From: Vulcanimicrobiota bacterium
GTDB lineage: Bacteria > Vulcanimicrobiota > Vulcanimicrobiia > Vulcanimicrobiales > Vulcanimicrobiaceae
Direction: 5' to 3'
DNA length: 64,000 nt
NCBI GenBank assembly: GCA_963833095.1
Contig: CAWHWQ010000001.1
Span: forward strand, 1-64,000
Positions 62,651 to 64,000 of this stretch are shown here, piece by piece; the stretch's first letter is position 1; each line of letters begins with the position of its first letter. A model generated the notes under the pieces. That model ran no database searches and was not told the origin of the DNA. It was given only the letters and a program-made list of their open reading frames with translations. The translations under genes were made by a program, and so were the position numbers.

Positions 62651-64000
62651 TTAGAGGCGGATGGTCACCGTGGTGCCCCGTGCGGGCGCGCTATCGATAC
62701 CTATCGAGCCTCCGGCGCGTTCCACCGCGCGTTTGGCGATCGCTAGTCCGAGTCCACTTCCCGTTATTTCGCCGCGCTGATCGCCGCGGTAGAAACGCTC
62801 GAAGGCGTGCAGTCGCTCCGATTCGGTCATACCCGGACCCTCGTCGCGCACCGTAATCGTTGTGTGTCCGTTCGTCTTCACCGCGCGTAAATGAATCGGC
62901 GCCTCGGGCGCGTACTTCAGCGCATTTTCCACAACGTTCCATAATGCTTCGCCAAGCTCGGTGCGATCGCCGACTAATCCTTTGGTGCCATCAACGCTAT
63001 AGTCGATCTCTCGCGTCTCGTCCAAACGCCGCGCGGCATCACATTGACTGCGCAGCAGTTCAGCGAGATCGATTGATTCTGCTCGCGGTGGCGTTTCCGC
63101 GTCCAGTCGCGCAAGTCGCATCAACCGATCGATCAGGTTGCGCATATGCTCTTTCTCGAGCGACATCGTCCCGAGAATCTGGCGCGCGATCGTGGGCTCC
63201 GCGACGGCTCCGCGGCGGAGCACATCGATGTATCCGCCGATCACCGTCAGCGGCGTGCGCAGCTCGTGCCCCGCGTCGGCGACGAATTGCCGCATCCGCT
63301 CCTCGGTTTCGCGACGCTCGCTCATGGCATTCGCGACGCTTGCAGCGGCGTCGTTGTAGGCGGCGGTCAGCGTGCCGATCTCGTCGCCGCCCGGCGCGAT
63401 GAAACGGCGTTGCGTGAAATCACCGCCGGCAAGCGCATTGAGTGATTCGGTTAGGTCGTTGATCGGGCGCAGCGCCTGCTGCGCGAAGAAGCGGCCCACG
63501 AGCCACGAGAGCAGCATCGCAACGACGGCGACCACGATCACGACGCGCCAGTACGGAATCAGCGCCACGAGCACGAGCGGCATCGACGGCTCGAAGGCAA
63601 CATATCCGCCGTCGACAATGGCTACTTGCGACGGCTCGGGCAAGGGCCCGGAACCCGATGCGCCATTCGTCCGGAAAAGAAACGAGCCACGCGTCGAAGG
63701 GGGCGGCGAGCCGTAGGGCGGCGGGAAGAAAAACGCTCCAGGCGCAAAACGACCGCCCGTATTTGCCGGTCCGGGCGGCTGGCGAAAATGGGCGGCGACC
63801 ATGCGCCCGAGTAGGCGTGGGTGCACGCTCTTATCACCGCCCAAGAAGTTACCGTGGCTGTCGAATACCGCGACGCTGAGGCCGATGCTGCTTAGCGTGC
63901 TCGCAATCTGCGGGGCGGCGGCCTTGAGCGAGGTGCCGTCGGCGCGATATTGATCGACGAGCACGCGCGCCTCTTCGTGTTTGGCCACCACGATGCTCCG
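62651..64000 (-). CDS. HAMP-domain sensor histidine kinase (5' end outside window)
   Basis: FVADAGHELRTPL H-box, ENALKY, DEGPG, FERFYRG, GSGLGL. Confidence 0.93.
   Translation of the reverse strand, partial: RSIVVAKHEEARVLVDQYRADGTSLKAAAPQIASTLSSIGLSVAVFDSHGNFLGGDKSVHPRLLGRMVAAHFRQPPGPANTGGRFAPGAFFFPPPYGSPPPSTRGSFLFRTNGASGSGPLPEPSQVAIVDGGYVAFEPSMPLVLVALIPYWRVVIVVAVVAMLLSWLVGRFFAQQALRPINDLTESLNALAGGDFTQRRFIAPGGDEIGTLTAAYNDAAASVANAMSERRETEERMRQFVADAGHELRTPLTVIGGYIDVLRRGAVAEPTIARQILGTMSLEKEHMRNLIDRLMRLARLDAETPPRAESIDLAELLRSQCDAARRLDETREIDYSVDGTKGLVGDRTELGEALWNVVENALKYAPEAPIHLRAVKTNGHTTITVRDEGPGMTESERLHAFERFYRGDQRGEITGSGLGLAIAKRAVERAGGSIGIDSAPARGTTVTIRL

Overview
GC-rich bacterial chromosome segment. 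Lineage is inferred, not proven, as a diderm with Firmicutes-like ribosomal proteins, most consistent with Vulcanimicrobiota/Eremiobacterota. The centre is the minus-strand str-S10-spc-alpha ribosomal superoperon (rpsL to rplQ). It is split twice by unrelated gene blocks (rpsJ|rplC and rpsM|rpsK), each junction carrying a terminator and a new promoter, and rpmD (L30) is missing from its usual position. Aromatic amino-acid genes bracket it: trpD-C-F-B-A follow rplQ directly, and upstream lies an operon encoding a prephenate-dehydratase-like/ACT/DAHP-synthase fusion, aroH, tyrA and pheA. The most striking element is an unannotated 26-aa leader peptide ahead of this operon (MTVHSFSYAFWYYYFGLGGPRGFAHA) with antiterminator and terminator, i.e. 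a predicted ribosome-mediated attenuator reading Phe, Tyr and Trp together. Also present: a palindromic repeat family with in-frame copies inside genes, a TonB-receptor-like protein with a tandem-repeat C-terminal extension, and a small relic of an aroyl-CoA hydroxylase gene. Many single-base frameshifts, including in essential rpsM, adk and tuf, point to assembly indel errors. No rRNA, tRNA, CRISPR array or transposase was seen.
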